A model generated the notes under the pieces. That model was not told where the DNA came from and did no database searches. It worked only from the letters and a program-made list of their open reading frames with translations. 64,000 bases of DNA from contig NC_058131.1 in the NCBI RefSeq assembly GCF_016433145.1, positions 500,687,043-500,751,042 of the forward strand, read 5' to 3'. The stretch's first letter is position 1, and every line of letters begins with the position of its first letter. This stretch comes from Gracilinanus agilis. Lineage: Eukaryota. The translations under genes and the position numbers were made by a program. Shown here in pieces: positions 1 through 64,000 of the stretch.

Positions 1-157
1 AGTTAAAATGAAAACTATTGCTTTTGATGACTTTGCATAAGGCCTTTGATATTCATGGGCAAGTATAGGCTGGGATGAAAATGTTATGGGTTAGGTATCT
101 TCATATTAAATTTTTTACATACTAATAAAGCCAAATTTAAAAAACCTTTATCTTTAG

Positions 158-264
158 CACTGTAGGTTTAACACTCAGTGTACGAGACCTGACTGCACAT
201 TTTACCATCCAGCAATTACTGTGCCACCACGTCATGCCTTGAAATGGACTCGACCTCAAACCAG
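158..264 (+). CDS. ZC3H14: ZC3H14 penultimate coding exon (C-terminal CCCH zinc finger, HCRFNTQCTRPDCTFYHPAITVPPRHALKWTRPQT-S)
   Basis: Acceptor tctttag|CAC at 157/158 and donor CAG|gtaaaa at 264/265; 107 nt. The translation gives a C-x5-C-x4-C-x3-H finger followed by the recalled ZC3H14 C-terminus. ZC3H14 is also the known tail-to-tail neighbour of EML5. Confidence 0.95.
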
Positions 265-1158
265 GTAAAATCAAAATGACAAAGTCTTCGGAGGGGGAGA
301 ATAGGTAGTATATTGTGGAAGGAGAGTTGGGTTAAGAATCAAGAGGACTTGACATGTTGCGGTTTTGTAAGTTTTCAGGGCTTTTGATTTTTCTCATCTC
401 TAAAATGAATAATAGGCCTTATTAAATTTAATTCAATAAACATTTTCTTTGTGTGCCTGCTACTTTACTTAGATGGTCTGAAAGGTCCCCGGTAACTCTA
501 ATGCTTTATGAATTCAATAAATAATATGTAATTAAATTAGTTTCAACATTTGAAAGTGTTATTAGGGAACAAAAGATAGAAAAAAAGTGCTTCTGTTATG
601 CTACTTAAAGTTGAAAAAAGGCAGATTTCGGTTTGATGTAAGGAAAAGCTTTTCTACTACTAAAAACTACTCAGAATTTTTATGGACTGCCTTGAAAAGA
701 GAGAGGTTCTTCCCTTACTAGAGCAAAGCTTGGATGATCACTTTTGATGGTCTCTGGAATCTCTTTCAAGTCAAGAATGTTGTTAAAACAAATCTCTTTT
801 CTTATTCCATTTAGAGGCTTGTGTAATTCCACATTTCAATTCAAGTATTATTTGTTGAATGTTAGTATTACGGGGACATATTTTGAGGAATTTAGGAATT
901 GCTTCTAAATTCATCAGGAAGAATTAAAACACCAGTCAGTTTTCCTGTTTATTTCTCCAGAACTTTTAGAGTAGGTAGTCAAGTTAAATATGGCAGTTCT
1001 GGGAATTCACTAAATTTGACCCTTTTAATAAATGCTTAAAAACTGAGTATGGCAGAGTGTAACTAGACTTTAAAAAGCAGTATTGATCTACATACAGCAG
1101 ATTTCCGGAAAAAGGGAAGAATGGTAAAGCAATAATTTATGTATTGTTTTTGTTTTAG

Positions 1159-1165
1159 TGAATGA
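1159..1165 (+). CDS. ZC3H14: ZC3H14 last exon, coding part (AG|T GAA TGA = S-E-stop), followed by 3'UTR
   Basis: Acceptor ttgtttttgttttag|TGAATGA completes ...PQTSE*. The downstream sequence (gaacttggaatatattg..ttcataatatgaagttt) resembles the recalled mammalian ZC3H14 3'UTR. Confidence 0.9.
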
Positions 1166-1619
1166 CAACCAGACATAGTAGCTAGAAGATCATGGATTTT
1201 AAAGCTCCCATCTTTGAACTCTACTGGTGAAAGACATTCTACAAATTTATCAGATCTTTTGAACTTGGAATATATTGTTTTCATAATATGAAGTTTGTTG
1301 CCTATTTGAAGTGTCTAATTTTTCAAATTTGTAAGTTTTATTAAGTGGTTTTAACATGGGTTTTTTACTATGAAGAGAAGTCAGTGTAAGGAAAAAAAAA
1401 CTTACTTTAAATTCCATTAAAACATTTTGAGGCATGGTTTGTATCCTGCTACTTTTGAGTCCCAGTGTTCATAAAATTAGAATCTGAGTGTGATGTTATT
1501 ATCTAAAGTAAAAGATTGAATGTATCATTTTTTTATGAGGCCTATATTAGTGCTATGTATATATAAAGACAGTTGCCCTTAACCAGTCTGAAACTTGAAA
1601 TGTGCAGGGGAATACTAAG

Positions 1620-1625
1620 AATAAA
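1620..1625 (+). terminator. Probable proximal ZC3H14 poly(A) signal AATAAA
   Basis: AATAAA about 455 nt after the stop, followed by a GT-rich and then T-rich tract (about 1653-1672). A Pumilio-type TGTATATA lies upstream at 1556-1563. Confidence 0.6.
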
Positions 1626-4600
1626 AATAGTGTTGGGTGAAACATCAAGTGATTTTTTTTTTTTTCATTTTGATAAGCATGGAAATACATGGATGTAGAC
1701 CCTGCAGTTTAAATGCAGCCTCATTGCTTTGTAAAGTGTTTTTTGAAAGTCAAATGTGATTCACTTACCAGAGTTTTTTCCAGAGCAAATTTGCTATTAA
1801 AAGAATGGGAGGGGGGTTGGGGCACGAGGCAGTGTTGGGAGTCTGTTTCGTTTGTTTCGTTTGTTTTTAGTAAAATATTTAGAATGGCAACTGCAAAAAA
1901 TGTGTACAATGTGCAATTCTTTAAAATGTTTTCATTTACTATTCAGTTACATATGCTTTTTTTCAGTAAATCTTTTGGGGAACTACATTTTCACAAAAAA
2001 ATATACAAAATAATTTTTACAAGTATACACACACACACACAAGATATCAGAAAACAGCTACACAGTTTAAATTCTGCTTTAACAAATATATAGCTATACA
2101 TATATCTTCACGTTATGAAAATTAACACACCAGGAAATTATAATTGTGTGGAGAAGCATACTTGCAAGGTTAGTTTTTTTAATATAAAGCAGATCTGAAT
2201 TAATTATACATTTTAAGATTATAAGACCAAAGTTAATTGGAAGGATTTGCCCAAATGGATTATGGAATATAGAGAAATGCATTAAAAATATGTATACATA
2301 TATATTTTATGTGTGATAAATTGAGTATGACTGTACCTTTGGGACCATTTAAAACACAGAACAAAAATTCCATTTGCTTAAAAGCAAAGACCATCATATA
2401 TACTACGGAATGAAACAGAATGCAAAAGTTACGTATGGACCATTGGCTGTGAATGAAGGAGAGATGGAAACAATGATTTTCAAAAACAAATTTAAATAAA
2501 AGGCAAGGAACTATTGGATTTACTTTCCCCTTATGTAGATTAATTTAAAAACATGTATACTAACTCTTGTGTGGCCTGGTGCATCCTACATCCTATCTAG
2601 TTCGTATAAGTGAACCAACTTAATCAATAGAATAGTCTCCTTTAGAAACATCCTTGTTTCACAAAATTGATAAAAGGTAGAATTTTTATGCTGATTCTAA
2701 AGGCATAAAAAAAGGAGGGAATGCAGACTAAAAGTACTTTTTTCCATATGCAAAGCTTTATAAGAACCATCTCATACCTGTCCCCACTCCCAACCTCTCC
2801 ACCCTCTAAATAAATAAGTACAAAGCTGTTTGATTTTGGGGAAATGATAGTTCCTTTACTTTCTTGTTTAAACTAATCTATTAAACTTAATGACAGTTAT
2901 TTTGAGAAACAAGGCCTTTCAGATAAAGTAGTAGTGAACAAACCTATTTGGTTCAAATGGTCTTTTGGAAGAAATTTAGACTATTCTTTAAACGGTAAAT
3001 TATCTTCACCCATAATGTATGCTTTAAAAAAAAAAAAGGTGAACAGCTGTTGGAAGTTGAATAAATGATCTGGGGAGAAAAATCATACTAAGCTTAAACT
3101 CATCATTTTTGACCTTGAAATGTAACAATTTGTCACTTTATACAATATCAACTGCTTTGTTTCTTACGGTTATTTTGATGTGGAAAATTACACATAAAAC
3201 AAATGCTGGGCATTTTTAAAAGTTTGACCCAAAATGAACAGGAACAGAGGAGCAAAGAAGGGAGATGGTTTTGGTCTGACAGTAGCACAGTGATTGGTAC
3301 AAAGAGTGCATAGTAGGCTTTGGCATGCTTGTGTTTATAAACCCAGTGGAATCATCAGTAAAAGGAAGTCATCGGTTACAAGTTGATAAAATTAACCAGC
3401 TAAATATCATGCACACAAATAATTTTCTGGGTTTTAAAAACAAAATTGGAAAAGATTCTAATAAAATATGGCAGTTTTATACATGTGACCTGCCAAATTT
3501 TATCCTTTGCAAACCTAATTTTTGAAATTTTAATTAGCAACATGGTTTTAGGCTTAAGGCTTATCTTATATCTGCCAAATTTCAATGGTGTAAATCATGA
3601 AATCTGTACTCTTAACCTGAAAAAGACATAAGGCTTCTGATTTTCCAAAACAGTTCATTCCCAACGAGGGCTTACTATGCACTGCCTGAAGGGGAAAAAT
3701 TCTCCACTTTCTTTCAGAGCTAATTTTTTTTAAAATGGGATACATAGAGGAAATGTGAGCATGCTACTCAGTACTGTCACATTGATTTATATGATATATG
3801 GCCAAATAAATTCTAGTTATAAATTCATCACAGACATTAAATCAAGTGACAGCTTCAGTACTGCAGCTCTGTTTCCTACCATATACATAAAAAGGCAACT
3901 ATGATGAATTCTTTAAAAAGCAGTTGGCCAGAGTTGATTTACTTACCCCATAACCCAACATTTTACTATTGCTTAACTGGCCTTATCACTGATAGGAAAT
4001 AATAATTCCTAGTTGTGTTTTGTGCTGAGTGAACATTAAAATCTTTAAAATGAACAGTCCCACTGGGCAGTTTAGGAAAGATGACTTCTCTACTTCTCTA
4101 TAGGTAGCACTGTATTGTTAGGGAAAATCATGTTAATTGGAAAGTGATTATGAGATCAAGAAAATGACTGAAACCTAAAAGTAGTTTCATCCAGGACTTA
4201 AGGAAAATCCATTGATGTTAAAAGTTTGTTAACTAGGGGATATGAAAGAATATATTTCAGCTATCTTTCCAGATGAACTTGTGTACCTGGAAATGCTATT
4301 TGGAATTTTGTAATAAGGATGAGATGATACCTATTAAGTTTTATAATAGAAGATCTTAAGATATTATTCATCTAATGTTTTTGCCCAAGAGAACAGAATT
4401 TGATCAGCCTTTGTCACAAACAATGGCCATCTGAATTTCACGCCATACAGCAAAATCTTGGCATTGTTCATAAAAGTAAATCATTTTTGTATGTGCCACA
4501 CTGAGCCAATCTGGAAGCATGTTAGATAAATCTGAACACCTTGTTAAATTAAGCTACTGGGATACTATCTATGCACTCAAAACTTTGTACCCCAGTGGCT

Positions 4601-4899
4601 TCAAGGAATAGTCTACCATTTAAATCTTCAAGTGTCTCTGTCTGCCTTTAGCATTGGGTGGAGGAGGAGGAGAGAGGAGGGAGTCAGTCAGCTCAGTTTA
4701 GATTTTGGGATATGTTAAAGCTGTACTTTAATTTCAAACAAATAAAATCATGCTAGGTGTACTGGATTTCAGTCGTAAATAATGGGAACAGTTATACGTA
4801 TGCCATTCATCTGTGTAAGTCAACTAAGTAATTTTAATGTGTTCAATTTTGAAACATCAATGTTCATTTGATTTAGTGTTTTTAAAAATTATATTGGAA

Positions 4900-5096
4900 G
4901 GGGACAGCTGGGTAGCTCAGTGGATTGAGAGCCAGGCCTAGAGACAGGAGGTCCTAGGTTCAAACCCGGCCTCAGACACTTCCCAGCTGTGTGACCCTGG
5001 GCAAGTCACTTGACCCCCATTGCCTACCCTTACCACTCTTCCACGTAGGAGCCAATACACAGTATTGACTCCAAGACAGAAGGTAAGGGTTTAAAA
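4900..5096 (+). mobile_element. SINE1_Mdo-type tRNA-derived SINE
   Basis: Head ggggacagctgggtagctcagtgg (A box), ggttcaaacc (B box), A-tail. Perfect 16-bp TSD aaaaattatattggaa at 4884-4899 and 5097-5112. Confidence 0.9.
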
Positions 5097-5575
5097 AAAA
5101 ATTATATTGGAAACCAAGCCTGTACTCTGATGATAAAATTGCATGAATCTTCCCATTTGGGGTGGGGAGGAGGGGGGAAGTTCCCTCACGCTAAATTTAT
5201 ACCAAGGATTAATCATAAGGAGTGAATTTGTTTTGTATTCATACTTATTAATGTGAGTCATAAGTTCATCCTAAATAGTATTGAGTCCCACGGTTGGAAG
5301 AGACCTCAGAAAAAAACAATTTAAATCTTACCAAAACATGAATCAGTTATGTTTTTCAAACATGCTGTATTCTAGTTGAGTTTTATTCCTGTCTAAATTC
5401 TCTGCATTTAAAAATCTCTTATTGAAAATGAGTAGTTTATCACCCAAATAACATGAGAATGATTTTCCCAATTTTCCATTATATAGGTTGCTAAAATGTT
5501 CTTTTTATGTTTACATAATGTCTGAACCTTAGAAAAAAGGTGAGAGTTCAAATATTGTGGGGCTGTCACCGTGAG

Positions 5576-5587
5576 TTTATTAATAAA
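5576..5587. terminator. Palindromic TTTATTAATAAA: AATAAA on both strands
   Basis: The - strand hexamer (5576-5581) is about 855 nt after the EML5 stop; the + strand hexamer is at 5582-5587. Usage is not provable from sequence. Confidence 0.45.
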
Positions 5588-6435
5588 GCAGTAATAACTA
5601 GAGTTATACTTTTAACCTTGGGCAAGGTACTCACAAAGTGGAGTAAAAATTGTTTCTAAGTCAGGGTGAGAGGTCTATGAGAGCAGCTTCATGTGCGTTT
5701 TTAGCAAGCACCTGATTTACCAGGTGTGGGAGATGACAGTTTGAATTATCATTTTTTTCCAGGAAAATTTACTAAAGCCATTGTCAGACTTTAGACTGCT
5801 ACCAGTTTGCAGAAATGAATAAGACATTTGCATTTTGAAATTACTTTCCTTAGGAAAAAATAGAGTATATGATATTTCAATTGGCAGCCTTCAAAAAATA
5901 TTTTCAGCATTACTTTTTTTTTTTTAACCAGTTTTCAGGCTTAGATCAGAAATAACCAATGCTTTTTGTTTCCTTTGGGGGGAGGGTGGATAAAAATGGC
6001 ATAGAATAGATGTCTGGAAATTGTAGTAATAAGGTTAGAGAAGAGAATGAAACTAGAAGAGTTGGGAATATAGAGAATAAAGATCTTTCACCCACCAAAA
6101 AATAACTAATAACATGTACCTTATGGCTTTGCCAAGTTGATACAGAAAGCCTTGGAAATAATAATTTGTGTTTAAAATAAAATCCTGGATCTTATGTGAA
6201 GTCCACATCTAACTGATTAATCTGAATATTTTGATATCTGGCAGTGAACATATTACCAACATGATTAAGTACTAAAGCAAATATTTTGAATAAATAATCT
6301 TTCTGATTAAGATTCTAGGCATTTCCCCAATTTTGGTTTATCTTGGGGTTAGCACCATTTCTTGATCATGCAAAAGGCTTCTCTTATTGTATTCTTGAGT
6401 TACTTCACATAGTTCCTTCAGTATTCCATTCATCT

Positions 6436-59829
<53,394 letters not shown>

Positions 59830-60902
59830 CTTTTCAGCAGCAGATAAAAAAAAGAAAAAGATTACAATTTTGCATATTAATTATTAGTAAAATGTTTTTA
59901 TTTTACATGTAACAAAAGGATTTTCACCCCTCTCTTTAGCTTATGCCTTCTGTAAGAGGCTTAAATTATTCCATTAATTGTGATAGAAATTAAAAGAGGA
60001 AATAAGAAAAATACAGGATCATAGATTTAGAACTGGAAGAGTCTAGGAGAGTGTTACTTCCTCAAGTTACAGATGAAGGAACTAAGATCCAGCAAAGTAA
60101 TTTAACCTGCTTAAGTGGTCAGTCAATAGTAGAGCCAGAATTCAAACCCAGGTCCTTTAATTCTGAACTTGGTATTCTTTTTACATCATCATACTGTCTC
60201 TCTAGGTTTTATGTTGTAAACTCAGTTTATCACCCTTTTTTTCTGTTTTATGCATTATATCAATTTTAAATGGAATTTTCAAGTCTATCCCTCCTTATAG
60301 AAAACCTATCATTTTAACTCCAATATACTCACAGGTATGCTATCTGCTTTTGAATCCTGGAACACCATAACCTCAAAAAATTTAAATGTGCAAACATTCC
60401 CACTCTGAGTAGAAAGATGTGTGGTGGACATCAAGTATATTAAAGTGTTACCAATGATGACTTTCATGTAAAAAAGTGGCCCTAAGGCCATTATGAAAGT
60501 AAGTATGTATGACTAGAAGTAGAGACAAAGTAAGAAAAATTATCAAAGTATCAAGATACTAAAAGAAAATGAGAAATATTTCTAATATGTGATAGAAATC
60601 TTTTGAGAAATTATTGGATAATTGAGTGGTATAACCTACTCAAGATGACAGGATGTGGAGGTTTGTAATCTGTGTTGATAGGAGAATGCACACCAATGAA
60701 ATCCACAATCCTTCAAAGTGTCAAAAATATCCATCCTTTAGCTTTTGTCCTGGGGTTGTGCTCTTCTGTGGCCTCAAACCCTAGTCCTCTTCCTATTATA
60801 CTGTGTGCTCTGAGATCATGCTTTCTTCATTGGGGGTGGGGGAATCTAGATCAAGTGCTATATCTATGCCATGCCTTAAAATACCTTCTCCCAACTCATT
60901 CT

Positions 60903-62297
60903 TTTTTTTTTTAATTTTTAATTTTTTAGAAAAATTTTTTCCATGGTTACATGATTCATGTTCTTGTTCTCCCCATCCCCACCCCCCCAGTAGACGACAC
61001 ACATTTCCACTGGTTTCTTCCTGTGTCATTGATCAAGACCTATTTCCATATTACTGATAATTGTTCTAGGGTGGTCATTAAGAGTCTACATCCTAATCGT
61101 GCCCACATCAACCCATGTGTTCAAGCAGTTGTTTTTCTTCTGTGTTTCCACACCTATAGTTCTTCCTCTGAATGTGGGTAGCGTTCTTTTCCATAAATCC
61201 CTCAGAATTGTCCTGGGTCATTGCATTGCTGCTAGTACAGAAGTCCATTACATTCGATTTTACCACAGTGTATCAGTCTCTGTGTATAATGTTCTCCTGG
61301 TTCTGCTCTTTTCACTCTGCATCAATTCCTGGAGGTCATTCCAGTTCACATGGAATTCCTCCAGTTTATTATTCCTTTGAGCACAATAGTATTCCATAAC
61401 AAGCATATACCACAATTTGTTCAGCCATTCCCCAATTGAAGGGCATGCCCTTGTTTTCCAGTTTTTTGCCACCACAAAGAGTGCAGCTATAAATATTTTT
61501 GTACATGACTTTTTCCCTATGATCTTTTTGGGGTACAAACCCAGCAAAGCTATGGCTGGATCAAAGGGCAGGCATTCTTTTAAGCGCTCTTTAGGCATAG
61601 TTCCAAATTGCAATTCAGAATGGTTGGATCAATTCACAACTCCACCACCAATGCATTAATGCCCCAATTTTGCCACATCCCCTCCAACCTTCATTACTCT
61701 CCCCTACTGTCATTTTAGCCAATCTGCTGGGTGTGAGGTGATACTTCAGAGTTGTTTTGATTTGCATTTCTCTAATTATTAGAGATTAAAACACTTTTTT
61801 ATGTGGTTGATAGTTTTGATTTCTTTATCCAAAAATTGCCTATTCATGTCCCTTACCCATTTATCATTTGGGGAATGGCTTGATTTTTTGTACAATTGAT
61901 TTAGCTCCTTGTATATTTGAGTAATTAGACCTTTGTCAGAGTTTTTTGTTATAGAGATTTTTTTCCCAGTTTGTTGTTACCCTTCTGATTTTAGTTGCAT
62001 TTTTTTGTTTGTAAAAAAACTTTTTAATTTAATGTAATTGAAATTATTTACATTTTGTAATTTTTTCTAACTCTTACTTGGTTTTAAAATCTTTCCTTTC
62101 CCAGAGATCTGACAGGTATATTATTCTGTGTTTGCCTAATTTTCTTATAGTTTCCTTCTTTATATTTAAGTCATTCACCCACTCTGAATTTATCTTGGTG
62201 TAGGGTGTGAGATGTTGATCTAAACCTAATCACTCCCATATTGTTTTCCAATTTTCCCAGCAGTTTTTGTCAAATAATGGATTTTTGTCCCAAAAGT
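60903..62297 (-). mobile_element. 5'-truncated L1_Mdo-like element (1.4 kb)
   Basis: ORF 61260..61613 (PFDPAIALLGLYPK...CPSIGEWLNKLWY) is the ORF2 C-terminus; poly(T) at 60902; TSD ctcccaactcattct/ctcccgactccttct. Confidence 0.92.
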
Positions 62298-62559
62298 CTC
62301 CCGACTCCTTCTACCTCTTGCTAGGAGAACAACAATCACACAACCATTCCCAGAAACCCATGTCCCATCTCCACAGATAATCTACCACTACTTGTAGCCA
62401 CCTCATAGTAAGCCTCCTCGAGTGAGAAGACTTGAGATGGTACTAGTGCTCTGAGCCTTTTCATCTCCTGCTTCATGCAGTGTGTATCCTGAGGAAAGGC
62501 TGCTTGGGGCCAAACCAGGAATCTGCCTTCTCCAGAAAGCAATCACTTCCATTTTTATC

Positions 62560-63770
62560 AGTACAAGGAATTTTTCATCTTTTGCTGTTAGCCCAATGTT
62601 CCAACTGGGATGTAGAGAACCTCCAAAGTAAAGTAACCTTCCTTTGGACTTTGGGCCTATCTCCTCCTGTGCTGGTCCTTTGAGGGTAGGAGAGTAGCAT
62701 TCTCCATTCAGTGACGAATGTTTTCACACCTGGTTATACCCTCCATATCCCAAGCACAATGATCTGTAGATCATCATTCAGATCCCACTCCATAATCCCT
62801 CCCATGTGATTCCTCATTCCCATCTCCCTAAAGTGTCTTACCCTAAAGTTTCATAACTTAACCCTGCCTTTCTACTTTGTTTTCTGAAATGCCTGTTCCA
62901 TAGGCAACAAATTTCCCTTCATCTTTAATCTATTCCTCTTCGACTGCTTCCATCTACTAACTTTTATTGAAACCTGACTTTACCCAGATGACACAGTCTC
63001 CCTGGTTACCCTTTTTAGTACTGTTGGTCATTGTTTCCTCCTTGAAACTTTTTTCTCTCTTGGTTTTTGGGATTACTCTCTCCTCCTTTTCTTTGCTGGA
63101 TCTTCCTCCAGATCACACCCTCTAATTGTAGGGATCCTCAGTATTGGGGCCAGACCAGGAATCTGCCTTCTTCAGAAATTGTAGGGATCCTCAGTATTCT
63201 GTTCTGGGCTCTATTTTCTTTTTACTCTATACTACTTTGCTTGGTGATCTAAGCTCCCGTGGATTTAATTACCTCTTTAATTACCATCTCTCTGCTGATA
63301 ATTCTCAAATCTACCTTTTCTGCTCCAAACTTTCTGCTGACTTCCAATCTTGCATCTCCAGCTGCCTTTCAGACATCTCACACTGCATGTCCAGTAGATA
63401 CTTTCATCTCAATATGTCTACCTTTACTTCTAACTCCCATTTCCCACTTTCCCTAGATGATATCACCCTTCCAGTCCCCAAGACTCACAATCTAGGAGTC
63501 ACTCTGGATTCCTCACTATTTTTCATCCCCACATCCAATCTGCTGCAAGGCCTATCAATTTCACCTCTGCAATCTGAAAAAAAAACCTGGTCCCACTCAA
63601 TTAACTTCAGTGGCTTCCAATTGCTTTTATACAAAATGCTGTCTGAGATAGAAAATCCTCTATAATCTAACTCTCTTTCTTTTCCAATTTCCTAATACCT
63701 TACTCCTGCTCTTCCATCCAGTGATACTAGCCCCCTGACTGTTTCAGGAATAAGACACTCTATCTTAGTT
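62560..63770 (+). mobile_element. L2 reverse-transcriptase relic
   Basis: ORF 63144..63665 has PQYSVLGS..LYT, YHLSADNSQIY and LGVTLDSSL, degenerate forms of L2 PQGSVLGP, YADD and LGV.LDS.L. Confidence 0.8.
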
Positions 63771-63786
63771 CTGGTCATTTTCTTTT

Positions 63787-63979
63787 TCATTTTTTTTTAA
63801 ATTTTAAACCCTTAACTTCTGTGTATTGACATAGGTGGAAGAGTGGTAAGGGTAGGCAATGGGGGTCAAGTGACTTGCCCAGGGTCACACAGCTGGGAAG
63901 TGTCTGAGGCCGGATTTGAACCCAGAACCACCCGTCTCTAGGCCTGGCTCTCAATCCACTGAGCTACCCAGCTGCCCCC
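63787..63979 (-). mobile_element. SINE1_Mdo-type SINE
   Basis: Perfect 17-bp TSD tctggtcattttctttt (63770-63786, 63980-63996). Confidence 0.92.
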
Positions 63980-64000
63980 TCTGGTCATTTTCTTTTGCTG

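Noticed and set aside
1713-2093. 126-aa ORF on +
   Set aside because: Low-complexity AT-rich 3'UTR sequence running through T-tracts and a CA repeat; no recognisable domain.
4900-4975. tRNA-like A and B boxes (also in the other SINE heads)
   Set aside because: These are tRNA-derived SINE heads with SINE bodies, A-tails and TSDs, not tRNA genes.
60309-60491. 60-aa ORF on - ending near a GTGAGT donor-like site (about 60330)
   Set aside because: No convincing upstream acceptor in a compatible phase and no similarity to EML proteins.
63144-63665. 173-aa ORF, the longest in the window
   Set aside because: Decayed L2 reverse transcriptase (YADD mutated to SADN) with a non-ATG start created within the templated insertion.
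59830-64000. Search for a 15-nt QGVV microexon and the upstream ...PSIDER exon of EML5
   Set aside because: No matching sequence with splice sites was found; presumably beyond the window end or absent in this species.

Overview
This is eukaryotic (marsupial) genomic DNA, not prokaryotic. The SINE1_Mdo-, MAR1-, L1_Mdo- and OposCharlie-like repeats point to a didelphid such as Monodelphis; the species call is an inference. Two genes face each other tail-to-tail. On the + strand are the last two coding exons of ZC3H14 (158-264, 1159-1165; ...CRFNTQCTRPDCTFYHP...RPQTSE*). On the - strand is the 3' third of EML5: 16 coding exons from 59829 down to the stop at 6436, totalling 1915 nt, all with GT-AG boundaries and continuous reading phase. 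They encode the inter-domain linker plus the third HELP/WD40 (TAPE) module. Two of these exons are microexons (9 nt and 21 nt) missed by the ORF track; both carry UGC motifs in the position typical of SRRM3/4-dependent neural microexons. The introns are full of repeats: 11 SINE1-type copies, MAR1s, L1, L2, L3, RTE, two hAT MITEs, a Tigger1 derivative, a pogo transposase relic, a 4.3 kb non-autonomous LTR provirus and two solo LTRs. The most notable oddities are the microexons with nearby candidate poison splice sites, a duplicated perfect 5' splice site, a 1.9 kb CpG/GC-enriched patch, a palindromic two-way poly(A) signal between the genes, and a microhomology-flanked templated insertion. All coordinates and counts were read by hand. 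Family names and human protein comparisons are from memory, not from a database search.
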